From IMG/VR virus record IMGVR_UViG_3300006805_000023: DNA of 64,000 bases, one strand, 5' to 3'. The DNA is from a virus. Lineage: Duplodnaviria; Caudoviricetes. The translations under genes and the position numbers were made by a program. Shown in pieces: positions 28,374 through 37,393 of the stretch. Every line of letters begins with the position of its first letter. Position 1 is the stretch's first letter. The notes beneath the pieces are model-generated. The model was not told where the DNA came from, made no database searches, and was given only the letters and a program-made list of their open reading frames with translations.

Positions 28374-28997
28374 CTAGTTGAACATTGACGCCAGCAAGTC
28401 CTCAAGAGCTTGCTTGGTCGAGGACTCCGTGACCTGGACTCCCCCAAACAGCCACGTGCCAGCAGCTGCCTTGAAATCGTCCATCATAGCCCCGCTGTAC
28501 ACCGACAGCAGCGGAGTCAGGCTGAACGGCCTCTTGCCAGACACGAAGTCGGCGGTTGACGGGTGCTCAGCCAAGGGGACGCCGTGGGCGTAGCCGCCGG
28601 ACTTCACGAGAGCGTTGGTAATGTGGATGGCGACCAGACGCGAGACGGCGTCGGAAAACTTCTGATAGACAACTCGGAGCGGAACACCAGAGTTGATGTG
28701 GTGCTCGATTTGTTCGATCGTGCGAGCCCGTGGAGTAACGAGCTTGTGCTGCCAAGTCAGACGGCTGCGCGGAGTCATCCGGTCCCAATAGGCCTCAAGG
28801 AATGACTGCGTGACCAAATAATGGGAGTCCTCGCCCTTGTCGAGGCACTCCTGAGCGATGTACACGACGTTCTCGACCTTGTCGTAGTAGCTGAACCTGC
28901 CGTTGATTCCGGGCGAGATCTTGTGCGGCGATGAGAACAGGTCGCTGGCTTTGATGTGGGAACGCAGCATCCCCATATAAGTGTTGAGGTCAGACAT
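28374..28997 (-). CDS. Hypothetical protein in head module
   Basis: ATG 28997 overlaps the upstream stop (coupling). Confidence 0.6.
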   Translation of the reverse strand: MSDLNTYMGMLRSHIKASDLFSSPHKISPGINGRFSYYDKVENVVYIAQECLDKGEDSHYLVTQSFLEAYWDRMTPRSRLTWQHKLVTPRARTIEQIEHHINSGVPLRVVYQKFSDAVSRLVAIHITNALVKSGGYAHGVPLAEHPSTADFVSGKRPFSLTPLLSVYSGAMMDDFKAAAGTWLFGGVQVTESSTKQALEDLLASMFN

Positions 28998-29817
28998 AAC
29001 GGGGAGGAGTTGGAGGGGACGGTGGCCTTGGTCCGGTCGAGGTGCTGGGTTGAGTTCCAGGCGGTGCTGGCTTGCCGTCTGGCTGGTCGGACCCGATCTC
29101 CTTGGTCGGGACATCTTCGGTCCCCTGATCTGGATGATCGGGGTCAATGACCGTGGTCCTAGTGGCGTCAGACTTCACGACCTGTCGCCTTCTAGTGTTG
29201 CCGTTCTGGACTGTGATGACCGGCTCCCCCGGCTTCGGCGGTGGGTTGGTTTCGAACAGGGCCGACATCAGCCTTGGCCCAGCCTGAACGGAGTCCCTCA
29301 AGCCCAGCTTCGACGCGAGGCCCTGAACCTCACTAGGAGGCTGCTCTTCTTCCTTGCCTTTGCTTGGGGCTGCATCTTTCGAGGGGCTGGCTGTGTCTTC
29401 ATTGTCGTCGCCTTCTGGTGGAGCATCTGGGACTTCTTCTGAGTCGGGAATTTGGACGCGCAGGCGCTGCAGACCCTCGAGGGTCTGTCGCATGTACTTG
29501 GAAAGCTCCGTGTCAGCGCTTCCCAGGATGTCCTGAATCTTGGCGACCAGTCCTGGGATCTGCTGCGAGGGGTCAGTCTGGGGGTCCGGCTTGAACTGAT
29601 GCATGGCACCCACCAGAGCTTCGATAAGCAGCTTCTCTTCGCTCTCTGCCGGGAGAGCACTGCTTGACAGGGCGCGTTCGTTCAGGAACTGGGTGGCGGT
29701 AAGCCACACGTCGCTGTACGACTTGTAAGCGTCATTTTCAAGCAGGATGGCGTGCAGCCTGCTCGTGCCGCTGCTTGCCCCCTTCGTTTCACTCAACAGG
29801 CACCTAAGGAGTCTCAT
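28990..29817 (-). CDS. Putative internal head protein with Pro-rich C-terminus
   Basis: MRLLRCLLSE leader; TAGTTAT 5 nt upstream. Confidence 0.6.
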   Translation of the reverse strand: MRLLRCLLSETKGASSGTSRLHAILLENDAYKSYSDVWLTATQFLNERALSSSALPAESEEKLLIEALVGAMHQFKPDPQTDPSQQIPGLVAKIQDILGSADTELSKYMRQTLEGLQRLRVQIPDSEEVPDAPPEGDDNEDTASPSKDAAPSKGKEEEQPPSEVQGLASKLGLRDSVQAGPRLMSALFETNPPPKPGEPVITVQNGNTRRRQVVKSDATRTTVIDPDHPDQGTEDVPTKEIGSDQPDGKPAPPGTQPSTSTGPRPPSPPTPPRYV

Positions 29818-29834
29818 TGGTGATAACTAGGGGA

Positions 29835-30293
29835 TCACACTGGTGGGTGGCTTGGATAGTCGAACGGCGGGGTTTCGTCGTTGATCGTGCCGACCTTCGG
29901 ATCGGTCGGATGTAGGAACACACTGAATGCAACGGAGGCCGCCCCGCGAACCATCAAAGAGGTGACGCCATCGTTACCGGCCACGCCTGCGGCCAGGAAC
30001 TCGATGTCGGTGAACCAGTCGTCGAAGGAGACCGTGACGGACTGCTGCGGAACGACGGTGTTGATCTGGGAACTGCCGACCTTGACGCCGTCCTTCATGG
30101 AACGCAGAGTGAGTTCCACCGGCTTACGCCCGACGTTGGTCAGGTGAATCTCTGCCTTGATGCGTGGCACAGGCGTTGCTAGGGTAACACCGTTGCGGGT
30201 CAGCCCCTGCAACACGCTGTTGCCGTCTTGGGTCAGTCGAAGGAACACGCCTTCACCGGTCAAAGTCTGTAGCTGAGGAAGTGGGCTGGTCAT
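29835..30293 (-). CDS. Hypothetical beta-rich virion protein
   Basis: TAGCTAT 5 nt upstream; first gene of the minus-strand head cluster. Confidence 0.55.
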   Translation of the reverse strand: MTSPLPQLQTLTGEGVFLRLTQDGNSVLQGLTRNGVTLATPVPRIKAEIHLTNVGRKPVELTLRSMKDGVKVGSSQINTVVPQQSVTVSFDDWFTDIEFLAAGVAGNDGVTSLMVRGAASVAFSVFLHPTDPKVGTINDETPPFDYPSHPPV

Positions 30294-30332
30294 CCCGAAT
30301 AGCTACGACGAGGTTGGTTTTGCGGGGGGGAC

Positions 30333-30360
30333 TTGACAGGCGCTCCGGATGTGCTAAGTT
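30333..30360 (+). promoter_or_regulatory. Sigma70-like early promoter
   Basis: TTGACA-16-TAAGTT with TGn. Confidence 0.7.
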
Positions 30361-30395
30361 TCACCCGTCCGCTTAAACAGCACTCCCATCACACT

Positions 30396-31103
30396 ATGAT
30401 CACTGCCATCTCAATCGCCCCGACCTCCACCCCAGCCCCGACCCTCCCACCGGCTGACCTCACCATTGAGCTCTACCGGGCCGAACTCTCCAGAGACTTG
30501 GCCCTCATCGCCGAGTTCAACGGCGAGAGCGACAGCAAGCTGCGTCGCGAAATCGCCTCCAGCAACAGCCGTCGCTCCCACCTCATCATGGCACGCACCG
30601 CGATCCGCAAGTGGACTGAGAACGAGGCCCCGGCGATCCTGAAAGGCGACGTTCACATCAAGATGATCGGCGGCAAGGAAGTCGTCGATCCCTACGTCAA
30701 GCTGTCCAAGGACCTCAACCTGGACTCCCGTTTCTTCCAGATTCCGTCGGCCATCAAGGCACCGAAGGTCAAGGGGGTGACGGAGGCGCAGACCGCTGCC
30801 AGCAACATCCAGGCACGCTTCCGCAAGCTGCGCGAGGTCTCTTGCATGGACTGGCACTTCAAGCTGGAATGGATCACCGACATGACCCTGCGCATCCGCA
30901 TCGCCAAGCTGATCTGGTGGGACATGGCGAATACTCTCAAGAACCAGAACTGCGTTCTTACGGAACTGGTGAACGCTCCTATCACAACCGCTCAGGTTAT
31001 GGCCTACACGGAGGAGCAGGTCGCCTTCGAATTGTGGCGTCTGGGCTGGCCTGCAACTATGGCAGCCGACCGCGCCTTCCACGCCCAAAAACCACAGAAA
31101 TGA
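30396..31103 (+). CDS. Hypothetical early protein
   Basis: ATG 30396 downstream of early promoter; strong codon bias. Confidence 0.7.
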   Translation: MITAISIAPTSTPAPTLPPADLTIELYRAELSRDLALIAEFNGESDSKLRREIASSNSRRSHLIMARTAIRKWTENEAPAILKGDVHIKMIGGKEVVDPYVKLSKDLNLDSRFFQIPSAIKAPKVKGVTEAQTAASNIQARFRKLREVSCMDWHFKLEWITDMTLRIRIAKLIWWDMANTLKNQNCVLTELVNAPITTAQVMAYTEEQVAFELWRLGWPATMAADRAFHAQKPQK

Positions 31104-31492
31104 GAGCACCTGAAGACTCCTACCCTCTTGAGCCCGTGCCGGACGCAGAGCTTGACGACATCATCGGGCGCTTCTATCTGAAGAGGGAGGAGTTTGCGGC
31201 AGCGTTCGAGCTGTCCAAGCTCGCTGTCGCCCTCGGAGTGAACGACCGTTGTCCGTGCGGCTCTGGTCGTAAGGTCAAGAAGTGTCACGGCGGGCTCCAC
31301 GCCGAGAAGATCGAGACCCGGTTCCGCCGGTCAGAGGCAGCTCTGCGCACTTCTCCCTACGACTGGCTCAGCGCGGTTGACCCTCAGAACTACCCACCAT
31401 CTTGGCAACTCAGTCACAGCGCTACGCGGGGGTTGCTTGCCATGTCAGCCATGGCTGCCTGGAGCATGGGAGGAGGCCGCGCCCGTTGGTAG
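31100..31492 (+). CDS. SEC-C motif protein
   Basis: GVNDRCPCGSGRKVKKCHG; ATGA overlap with previous gene. Confidence 0.75.
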   Translation: MRAPEDSYPLEPVPDAELDDIIGRFYLKREEFAAAFELSKLAVALGVNDRCPCGSGRKVKKCHGGLHAEKIETRFRRSEAALRTSPYDWLSAVDPQNYPPSWQLSHSATRGLLAMSAMAAWSMGGGRARW

Positions 31493-31930
31493 TCAGGCCG
31501 CCAGTTTGTGAGCTTGACTGCGTTCCCATCTTGGGTTGAACGGCATCCCCTCAGACTCAGCCCTGCGCTCCATGGCGTCATTGTTCAAGATCCGCTGCAG
31601 CATTTCTTGGCGGCAATGTTCCAGAAACACGCTCTTGACCTTTTCCGGGCTCCCCCTCAAACACCTCACCACTGCTTTGTTGCGCATCCAATGCCAGTCC
31701 ACCAACACTCCCGGCAAACTGTGACGGGTGGCGATCACTGCCTGCTCAGTTCTCCCCTTGTCAATCGGACTGAGGCAAACGAACTCACCTTCGCGCATCA
31801 CCTCTTGATTGCAATGCTGCAGGTCGTCGCCGATCGTCACTGACCAGCCGGTAGTCCGCAAAACCTCAGGGAGTTCTGCAGCAAATAGTTCTTCAACAGG
31901 GTCTTCGTGTGGGGTCGAGTATTCTGACAT
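31493..31930 (-). CDS. Hypothetical protein
   Basis: ORF filling the gap, AT-rich upstream. Confidence 0.5.
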   Translation of the reverse strand: MSEYSTPHEDPVEELFAAELPEVLRTTGWSVTIGDDLQHCNQEVMREGEFVCLSPIDKGRTEQAVIATRHSLPGVLVDWHWMRNKAVVRCLRGSPEKVKSVFLEHCRQEMLQRILNNDAMERRAESEGMPFNPRWERSQAHKLAA

Positions 31931-31998
31931 GATAATAACTTACCCAGAAATCGGGGAGCCCCCTGATCAGTCGGTGAAACCGCCTTGTCATTCAGCAC

Positions 31999-32027
31999 TT
32001 GACAAGCGCTAAAGTCTGTGTTAGATT
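31999..32027 (+). promoter_or_regulatory. Sigma70-like early promoter
   Basis: TTGACA-17-TAGATT with TGn; ATG 5 nt later. Confidence 0.75.
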
Positions 32028-32032
32028 TCTGC

Positions 32033-32899
32033 ATGTTCAACAAATACAAGACCTCCCGTCAGCTGGAAACCCTCGCCGGTCAGATCACCGGCTCCACCCT
32101 CAAGTATCAACCAGAGAGCTATGAACCCTCCTACAAGGCTTGGTCCGACTTCTATTACACGTTCCCCGGCTGGAACACCACCGCCAGCTTCGTGAAGCGC
32201 TTCGAGAAGCTGGCGACCTTCTTCCCTCAACTGGAAGAACAACGCCCCGTGCTGGTTCAGGTGCTGGAGCTGGCAAAGCAGCTGGCCGAATTCGCGGCCT
32301 CCGAAAAGACTCGCCTCGCCGCCAAGCGCGCCAAGCTGGCTGAACCCAAGCCAGTGCTGGAGTCCGGCGTCAGGCTCGAACAGGCCGACCCCGAAGTCGT
32401 CAAGACCCTTCTGGAAGGACTCGCCTCCAACCGCGCTGCCTTCATCGAAAGCGCCCGCAACAACAAGGCCGAGCAGATCAAGGCCACCCTCGTCAAAGCT
32501 CTCGACGGCACCTTCGCCGCCAGCATCAGCGCTCACAGCAGCCTCCGCTCCCAGGTCTTTGCCGAATGGGGCCTTTACAATGACGACGCCACCTGCGAGA
32601 AGCTCGCCGCCAGACTCAGCAGCCAGAAGGTGGTGGACGGCTACCTCACCAAGGCTCAGAAGGAAGCCGAATTCGAGTTCGATTCCTACGTGATCAAGCT
32701 GGCTGGTAAAGTGACCCGCGAGGGCGCGACCAAGGTCTTGAAGGCTACCATGGTGGGCAACGTCTGGGCCGGAGTCCTCTCGGTCGAGACCGACACCAAC
32801 CACCAGACCTGGAACACTCAGTGCATCCTCAACACTTCCCCTCTGGGCAAGTTGTTCCACCAGTGGCCCACCATTCTGAAAAGCCTGACGGCCAAGTAA
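32033..32899 (+). CDS. Hypothetical early protein
   Basis: ATG 32033; strong codon bias. Confidence 0.7.
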   Translation: MFNKYKTSRQLETLAGQITGSTLKYQPESYEPSYKAWSDFYYTFPGWNTTASFVKRFEKLATFFPQLEEQRPVLVQVLELAKQLAEFAASEKTRLAAKRAKLAEPKPVLESGVRLEQADPEVVKTLLEGLASNRAAFIESARNNKAEQIKATLVKALDGTFAASISAHSSLRSQVFAEWGLYNDDATCEKLAARLSSQKVVDGYLTKAQKEAEFEFDSYVIKLAGKVTREGATKVLKATMVGNVWAGVLSVETDTNHQTWNTQCILNTSPLGKLFHQWPTILKSLTAK

Positions 32900-32908
32900 G
32901 TATGCGGC

Positions 32909-33334
32909 GTGAAGAACATCGTCGCCGCCGGAATCTGTTATTACTGCCCCTCAACCGGAAAGGTCTTGTTGGGGCAGCGCGGTGCGGACAGTGATGGGGG
33001 CTCCGGCGAGTGGGCAGCCTTCGGCGGTAAGCTCGAAGACGGCGAGACTCTGATACAATGCGCAGTCCGCGAGGTTCAGGAGGAGACCGGTTATAAGGAG
33101 TCCAAGCCGATGGCGCTCCGCCTCAACTACCGCTCGACCTGGACCCACGGCGACGTCCGGGTGGTGTTTTACTGCTTCATGCAAGCAGTGCCTGCCGAGT
33201 TTAAGCTCCCACAGCTCGACCAGACAGAGCACTCCAAAGCGGGCTGGTTCCCGGCGGACAAAATGCCAGCTGGGCTGCTCAAGCCGTTCGCCAGCAACCT
33301 CGACGTGGGAGCCCTCAAGCGCCTGAAGGTCTAG
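32909..33334 (+). CDS. Nudix hydrolase
   Basis: Canonical Nudix box GGKLEDGETLIQCAVREVQEETG. Confidence 0.9.
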   Translation: MKNIVAAGICYYCPSTGKVLLGQRGADSDGGSGEWAAFGGKLEDGETLIQCAVREVQEETGYKESKPMALRLNYRSTWTHGDVRVVFYCFMQAVPAEFKLPQLDQTEHSKAGWFPADKMPAGLLKPFASNLDVGALKRLKV

Positions 33335-33369
33335 CTTGCTGAGGCGGTCGGCCTCGATTACTTTGTGGG

Positions 33370-34494
33370 ATGACCTCCCGTTATCAGGACCCCAAAATCG
33401 CCGAGATCTTCTCGGAAGACCGCAAGTATACCCTCTGGCTCCTCATCGAGGAGGCCTTGGTTAAAGCCCTCGCTCCGGAGGATGTCAGCAGACCGTTCTC
33501 GTCCTTCATCCAGGGGCTCCAGGGTGTTAATCTGACCAGCTTCATCAACGCCTGCAAACACGAGGAGCAAGGTACCAACCACGACGTCGGGGCGTTCCTG
33601 AACGTGCTGGAAGCCAGGGCTGACGGCTGCGTTTCTACCTTCCTGCATCGCGGCTTCACATCGTCCGATGTGGTTGACACTGCGACCAGTCTGCAGATTC
33701 ATGCTGCCCTCAGGCATATCGAGTGGCTCAAACACGACTTCAAGGAGGCCATCACGAACTCTGGAGACGCCGCGTGCGTCGGCTATACCCACGGGATGCC
33801 AGCCGAGGCGATGTGCCTCAGTGCGCGCTGGCAGCGCTGTTTCAACGAGCTGCGCGACCTACCACGGATCAAGCCGCATCTGACTGGACCACTCGGAGAC
33901 GCCAAGCATCTTGACATCGACACCAGGATCGAGCTGGCACGACTTCTCGGTTTCCATAACGATGGTGGAAAAGGCAGAGCGCCAGCCCAGCCCAACTACA
34001 TGCAGTGCTCGGAGCGGTCGGACTTTGCCAGACTGGCGTCGTCCATCGCGATCAACGGGAGCGTGCTTGCCAAGATGGCGCTCGACATGCGCCTGTTAGT
34101 GTTCAAGGGCGAAATGGGACGGGAAAAGGGGCACCACGAAATGGGCTCATCCGCGATGCCTCACAAAACCAACCCAGCTGATCTCGAAAAGGTTTGTGGT
34201 CTGGCCCGTGTGTTACGCGGCAACGCCATGGTCGCCATGGAGAACATTGAGCTCTGGTTGGAGCGCGACATCAGCCACAGCTCGACCGAGCGCATGTGGC
34301 TTCCCGACTCCTTCCACCTTTACTGCCACATGTTGACCATTATGACCAAGGCCGTCGTGAACTACAAGCCGACCCACGAAATGGGAGAGGCTCTAGTTGA
34401 TAATGAGAAGGACCTGCACACCGCAGCCAACGTGGTTCTGCTGCAAAAGCAGGGGATGGGACGCCGTGCCGCTTGGCTCAAAGTCAAAGGTTAA
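33370..34494 (+). CDS. purB: Adenylosuccinate lyase (compact, 374 aa)
   Basis: TNHDV, HRGFTSSDVVDT, THG, GSSAMPHKTNP signature, ERDISHSSTER. Confidence 0.88.
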   Translation: MTSRYQDPKIAEIFSEDRKYTLWLLIEEALVKALAPEDVSRPFSSFIQGLQGVNLTSFINACKHEEQGTNHDVGAFLNVLEARADGCVSTFLHRGFTSSDVVDTATSLQIHAALRHIEWLKHDFKEAITNSGDAACVGYTHGMPAEAMCLSARWQRCFNELRDLPRIKPHLTGPLGDAKHLDIDTRIELARLLGFHNDGGKGRAPAQPNYMQCSERSDFARLASSIAINGSVLAKMALDMRLLVFKGEMGREKGHHEMGSSAMPHKTNPADLEKVCGLARVLRGNAMVAMENIELWLERDISHSSTERMWLPDSFHLYCHMLTIMTKAVVNYKPTHEMGEALVDNEKDLHTAANVVLLQKQGMGRRAAWLKVKG

Positions 34495-34979
34495 CCGACG
34501 TCTCCGGGAGGGCTCGTCGGCACTGGCTCCGGCGATCCAATGAAGTTCTCCCAAGAGGGAAATGGGAGGGAGCCAGCTGGAACGTTGGCAAGGAACCACG
34601 TCCAGCCCTCGTGCAGCCAAATCAACGTGGCCTCAACAGTTTGTTGCCCGTTGGTCTTGAACGGGGACTTGAACAGCTTCTCCAGGCTCCCTACCTCCAA
34701 ACGCAGGACCGGGACCGTCTCATACCCGAACTTCTCCTCCAGAGCGATCCGCCAGATGTTGGCGAAGTTGTCGTCCCCGTAGTACATGCAGCGTCCGGCC
34801 TCTTGCAGGGCCGGAAGTCCGGCTATCGCCAGATACTTGAAAAAGGCCAGGACCGTCGGGTAATGGAACCGTTTCCCGTACTGACCAAGCCACCCGGTGT
34901 TGTCATCCTGGACCGGCGAAGCCGTGTACAGCAGGGGCAGCGTGGTGTACGGGTTCGAGACTGGGTCAAACTGGTTCAC
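34491..34979 (-). CDS. Hypothetical protein downstream of tail tube
   Basis: Co-oriented ORF, GTG start. Confidence 0.55.
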   Translation of the reverse strand: MNQFDPVSNPYTTLPLLYTASPVQDDNTGWLGQYGKRFHYPTVLAFFKYLAIAGLPALQEAGRCMYYGDDNFANIWRIALEEKFGYETVPVLRLEVGSLEKLFKSPFKTNGQQTVEATLIWLHEGWTWFLANVPAGSLPFPSWENFIGSPEPVPTSPPGDVG

Positions 34980-34999
34980 TCAGTCGGGATTGGGAAGGC

Positions 35000-35563
35000 C
35001 TAGACGTCCAGGATCTTAGGATAGCAGATGTCGCAGGACAGCTCGACGTTGATCATCGCCGGAGCGTCGGACTCGTGGTCGAACTCGTCCGGGGTGAGCT
35101 TCTTGATGAACAGGCCACGGCAGACCCACACGCGGTTGCGGTAGGCACCAGAGTCAACGATGCCAGGGGCAGCAGCCGGGTCCATCCCAGGAGGGAGCAG
35201 CATCAGGCTGCCACGTCGCTTGTAGTCGCGAGCGCGACCGATTGCGCCGGTGGCTGGGTTGTACACCTGCCTGAACCAAGCAGCCAGGCGATCCAGCACG
35301 TCGGTGTCAAGGTAGTCGTAGAAGGAGATCGCCATGTTTTCAGCCGACTCCATGGCACCCGCATATTTGACGGGAGTGTTGAAGGCCTTGATGGCTGGGT
35401 TGGTAACGCCGATCCCTGGAGGACGCACGTTCTTAACAGACAGAACCAGCAAATCACCTCCGGTGTCGGGGATGATGAGCGCGAAGTTGGATTTGCGTTG
35501 CGGTTCGAACGCTCCGTTCTGAGCCAACAGCGAGTTCCCAGCGAAAGGTGACATGAGTGCCAT
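35000..35563 (-). CDS. Tail tube protein (T4 gp19-like)
   Basis: FEPQRKSNF, VKYAG, ISFYD, W..QVYNPATG, DYKR.G.L, W.C.GLF; TAACTAT 6 nt upstream. Confidence 0.8.
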   Translation of the reverse strand: MALMSPFAGNSLLAQNGAFEPQRKSNFALIIPDTGGDLLVLSVKNVRPPGIGVTNPAIKAFNTPVKYAGAMESAENMAISFYDYLDTDVLDRLAAWFRQVYNPATGAIGRARDYKRRGSLMLLPPGMDPAAAPGIVDSGAYRNRVWVCRGLFIKKLTPDEFDHESDAPAMINVELSCDICYPKILDV

Positions 35564-35569
35564 ACGCTG

Positions 35570-35593
35570 ATAGTTACAGACGCTTCTAAATAT
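35570..35593. promoter_or_regulatory. Divergent pair of putative late promoter motifs (TAACTAT on -, TAAATAT on +)
   Basis: Both lie in a 39-bp gap, 6 and 9 nt before their ATGs. Confidence 0.6.
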
Positions 35594-35602
35594 CTGCAGA
35601 CT

Positions 35603-36028
35603 ATGCTTCCCCACACCAAGATTCTGGTTGAGATTACTAAGCTGACACGAGCCCTGCAGGCTGACACCAACCTGTACCCAGTCACAATCATGATCAGGGC
35701 TACCCCGTCGGGAGTCTTGGAGGCTGGAGTGAAGCGCGACAATGATCAGCACGAAATGGCGCAGACGCAGCGAGCCATCCAGCACTACGTCAACAAGTTC
35801 TCCAAGGCCAGGGCCGCTGCCAATCCAGACCAGACTCTGAGGCGCAGGCGTCCGACCGGTGGTGGCTCGATTGTTCAGGTTGAGAACCCTCAGGCTGCCC
35901 TGCGCGAGCTTGCCAAGCTGATGGGAGGTGCGATGAGCGGACCCGATCGTGGCCAGCTCAGCATGAGCGTCCAAGCCAAGTCCCAAGAAGACCTGCAGCG
36001 AGTCTTCGACTCCCTGCACTCAGTATAG
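35603..36028 (+). CDS. Hypothetical protein
   Basis: ORF with late motif upstream. Confidence 0.6.
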   Translation: MLPHTKILVEITKLTRALQADTNLYPVTIMIRATPSGVLEAGVKRDNDQHEMAQTQRAIQHYVNKFSKARAAANPDQTLRRRRPTGGGSIVQVENPQAALRELAKLMGGAMSGPDRGQLSMSVQAKSQEDLQRVFDSLHSV

Positions 36029-36066
36029 GGATTGCGGTTGAGACAGGCCGCGTTTTTATTACACGA

Positions 36067-36366
36067 ATGAGACTCATTGCAATCCTCACAGAAACCGCGC
36101 CCCCGGCTCAGCAACCCTCGGTCGTCGTTGACCTGACCCGCCTCAGCCGCAGACGTGGGGCTTACTCTGGCGTGGCCGTGATCGGCGACGAGTCCAAGGA
36201 GGCTTACGGGACGGACGGCTCTGTGTCCAACATCATGGATGAACTCACCCAGAAACTGGAGAATGACCTGGGCGGTTACTTCGACGATGACGTCACTCTC
36301 CGCTGTGGCAGGAAGTACAGGGTTAGCAGGCAGGGTGAGGCTCTTGTGAGCCAGGTCATTCCTTAA
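36067..36366 (+). CDS. Small protein with head-targeting-like leader
   Basis: MRLIAILTE N-terminus. Confidence 0.55.
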   Translation: MRLIAILTETAPPAQQPSVVVDLTRLSRRRGAYSGVAVIGDESKEAYGTDGSVSNIMDELTQKLENDLGGYFDDDVTLRCGRKYRVSRQGEALVSQVIP

Positions 36367-36373
36367 TGGGGGA

Positions 36374-36402
36374 TTGACAAGCGCTAGAGTGCGTGCTAGG
36401 TT
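36374..36402 (+). promoter_or_regulatory. Sigma70-like early promoter
   Basis: TTGACA-17-TAGGTT with TGn; ATG 5 nt later. Confidence 0.75.
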
Positions 36403-36407
36403 CCTGA

Positions 36408-37325
36408 ATGAAGGAACGATTCACAGACAAGGTTTTCAAAGACGAGCAGATGAAGATGATCCGTTGGGCCGACGGCGTCCTGACCAAGTACCAGAAGGAA
36501 GGCTATTCTATGACGGTGCGTCAGCTGTTCTACGCCGCCGTCAGCATCAACTTGCTCCCGAATGTTCAGCCTGAGTACTCGAAGCTCGGGGACTTGCTGA
36601 CAGACGCCCGACTGGCTGGCTACCTCGACTGGGACGCTATCGTGGACCGTGGCCGCATGACCCGCGAGATCGACACCTACGAGTCTCCGCTCGCTATCAT
36701 GCGGCAGACGGTCAGCCGGTTTAAGACCGACAAGTGGCAGAGCCAGTCCAACTACGTGGAGGCCATGATCGAGAAGCAAGCCCTGGAAGGCGTGGTGGCT
36801 CCGGTCTGCGCTAAGCTCGAAATCCCGTTCACCTCTAATAAGGGCTACGCATCTTCGACGATCGCTTACGACGTTGCCAAACGCTTGCAGGAGCGTCGTC
36901 GGGCCGGTAAGATGGTGCACATCCTCTACGCCGGAGACCATGATCCATCTGGGCTCGACATGGGGCGCAACCTCAAGGAGCGCTTGGAGCTGCTCAGCGA
37001 CGGGACCGTTTACATCCACCGGATCGCCCTGAACCGCGACCAGATCGACCATCACCACCTCCCCGCCAACCCTGCAAAGGATAAGGACCCGCGCTATCCA
37101 GCTTATAAGGAACTCCATGGTAAGGACTCCTGGGAAATGGACGCCCTGCCCCTCGAAGAATTGGCTGGAGTCTTCACGAAGTCCGTCATGCAGCTGCGCG
37201 ACGAGCGCCTCTGGCAGCGCGACTTCCAGGCTCAGGAGGAAATGCGTGACCAGCTGCAGGCTATGCAGGAAGAGCTTGAGCCCACGAAGAAGGGTGGCGA
37301 CGACTTCAAGTTCCGCCCTCTCTGA
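36408..37325 (+). CDS. TopoVI-A/Spo11-like TOPRIM protein (DUF2399-like)
   Basis: TVRQLFY winged-helix Tyr, IEKQAL, KGYAS, YAGDHDPSG, RIALN, WEMDAL. Confidence 0.75.
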   Translation: MKERFTDKVFKDEQMKMIRWADGVLTKYQKEGYSMTVRQLFYAAVSINLLPNVQPEYSKLGDLLTDARLAGYLDWDAIVDRGRMTREIDTYESPLAIMRQTVSRFKTDKWQSQSNYVEAMIEKQALEGVVAPVCAKLEIPFTSNKGYASSTIAYDVAKRLQERRRAGKMVHILYAGDHDPSGLDMGRNLKERLELLSDGTVYIHRIALNRDQIDHHHLPANPAKDKDPRYPAYKELHGKDSWEMDALPLEELAGVFTKSVMQLRDERLWQRDFQAQEEMRDQLQAMQEELEPTKKGGDDFKFRPL

Positions 37326-37332
37326 TAAGGAC

Positions 37333-37361
37333 TTGACAAGCGCAAGATTGTGTGATAAGTT
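37333..37361 (+). promoter_or_regulatory. Sigma70-like early promoter
   Basis: TTGACA-17-TAAGTT with TGn. Confidence 0.75.
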
Positions 37362-37393
37362 TCACCCGGCTTTCTAATCACGACTCCCACAGC

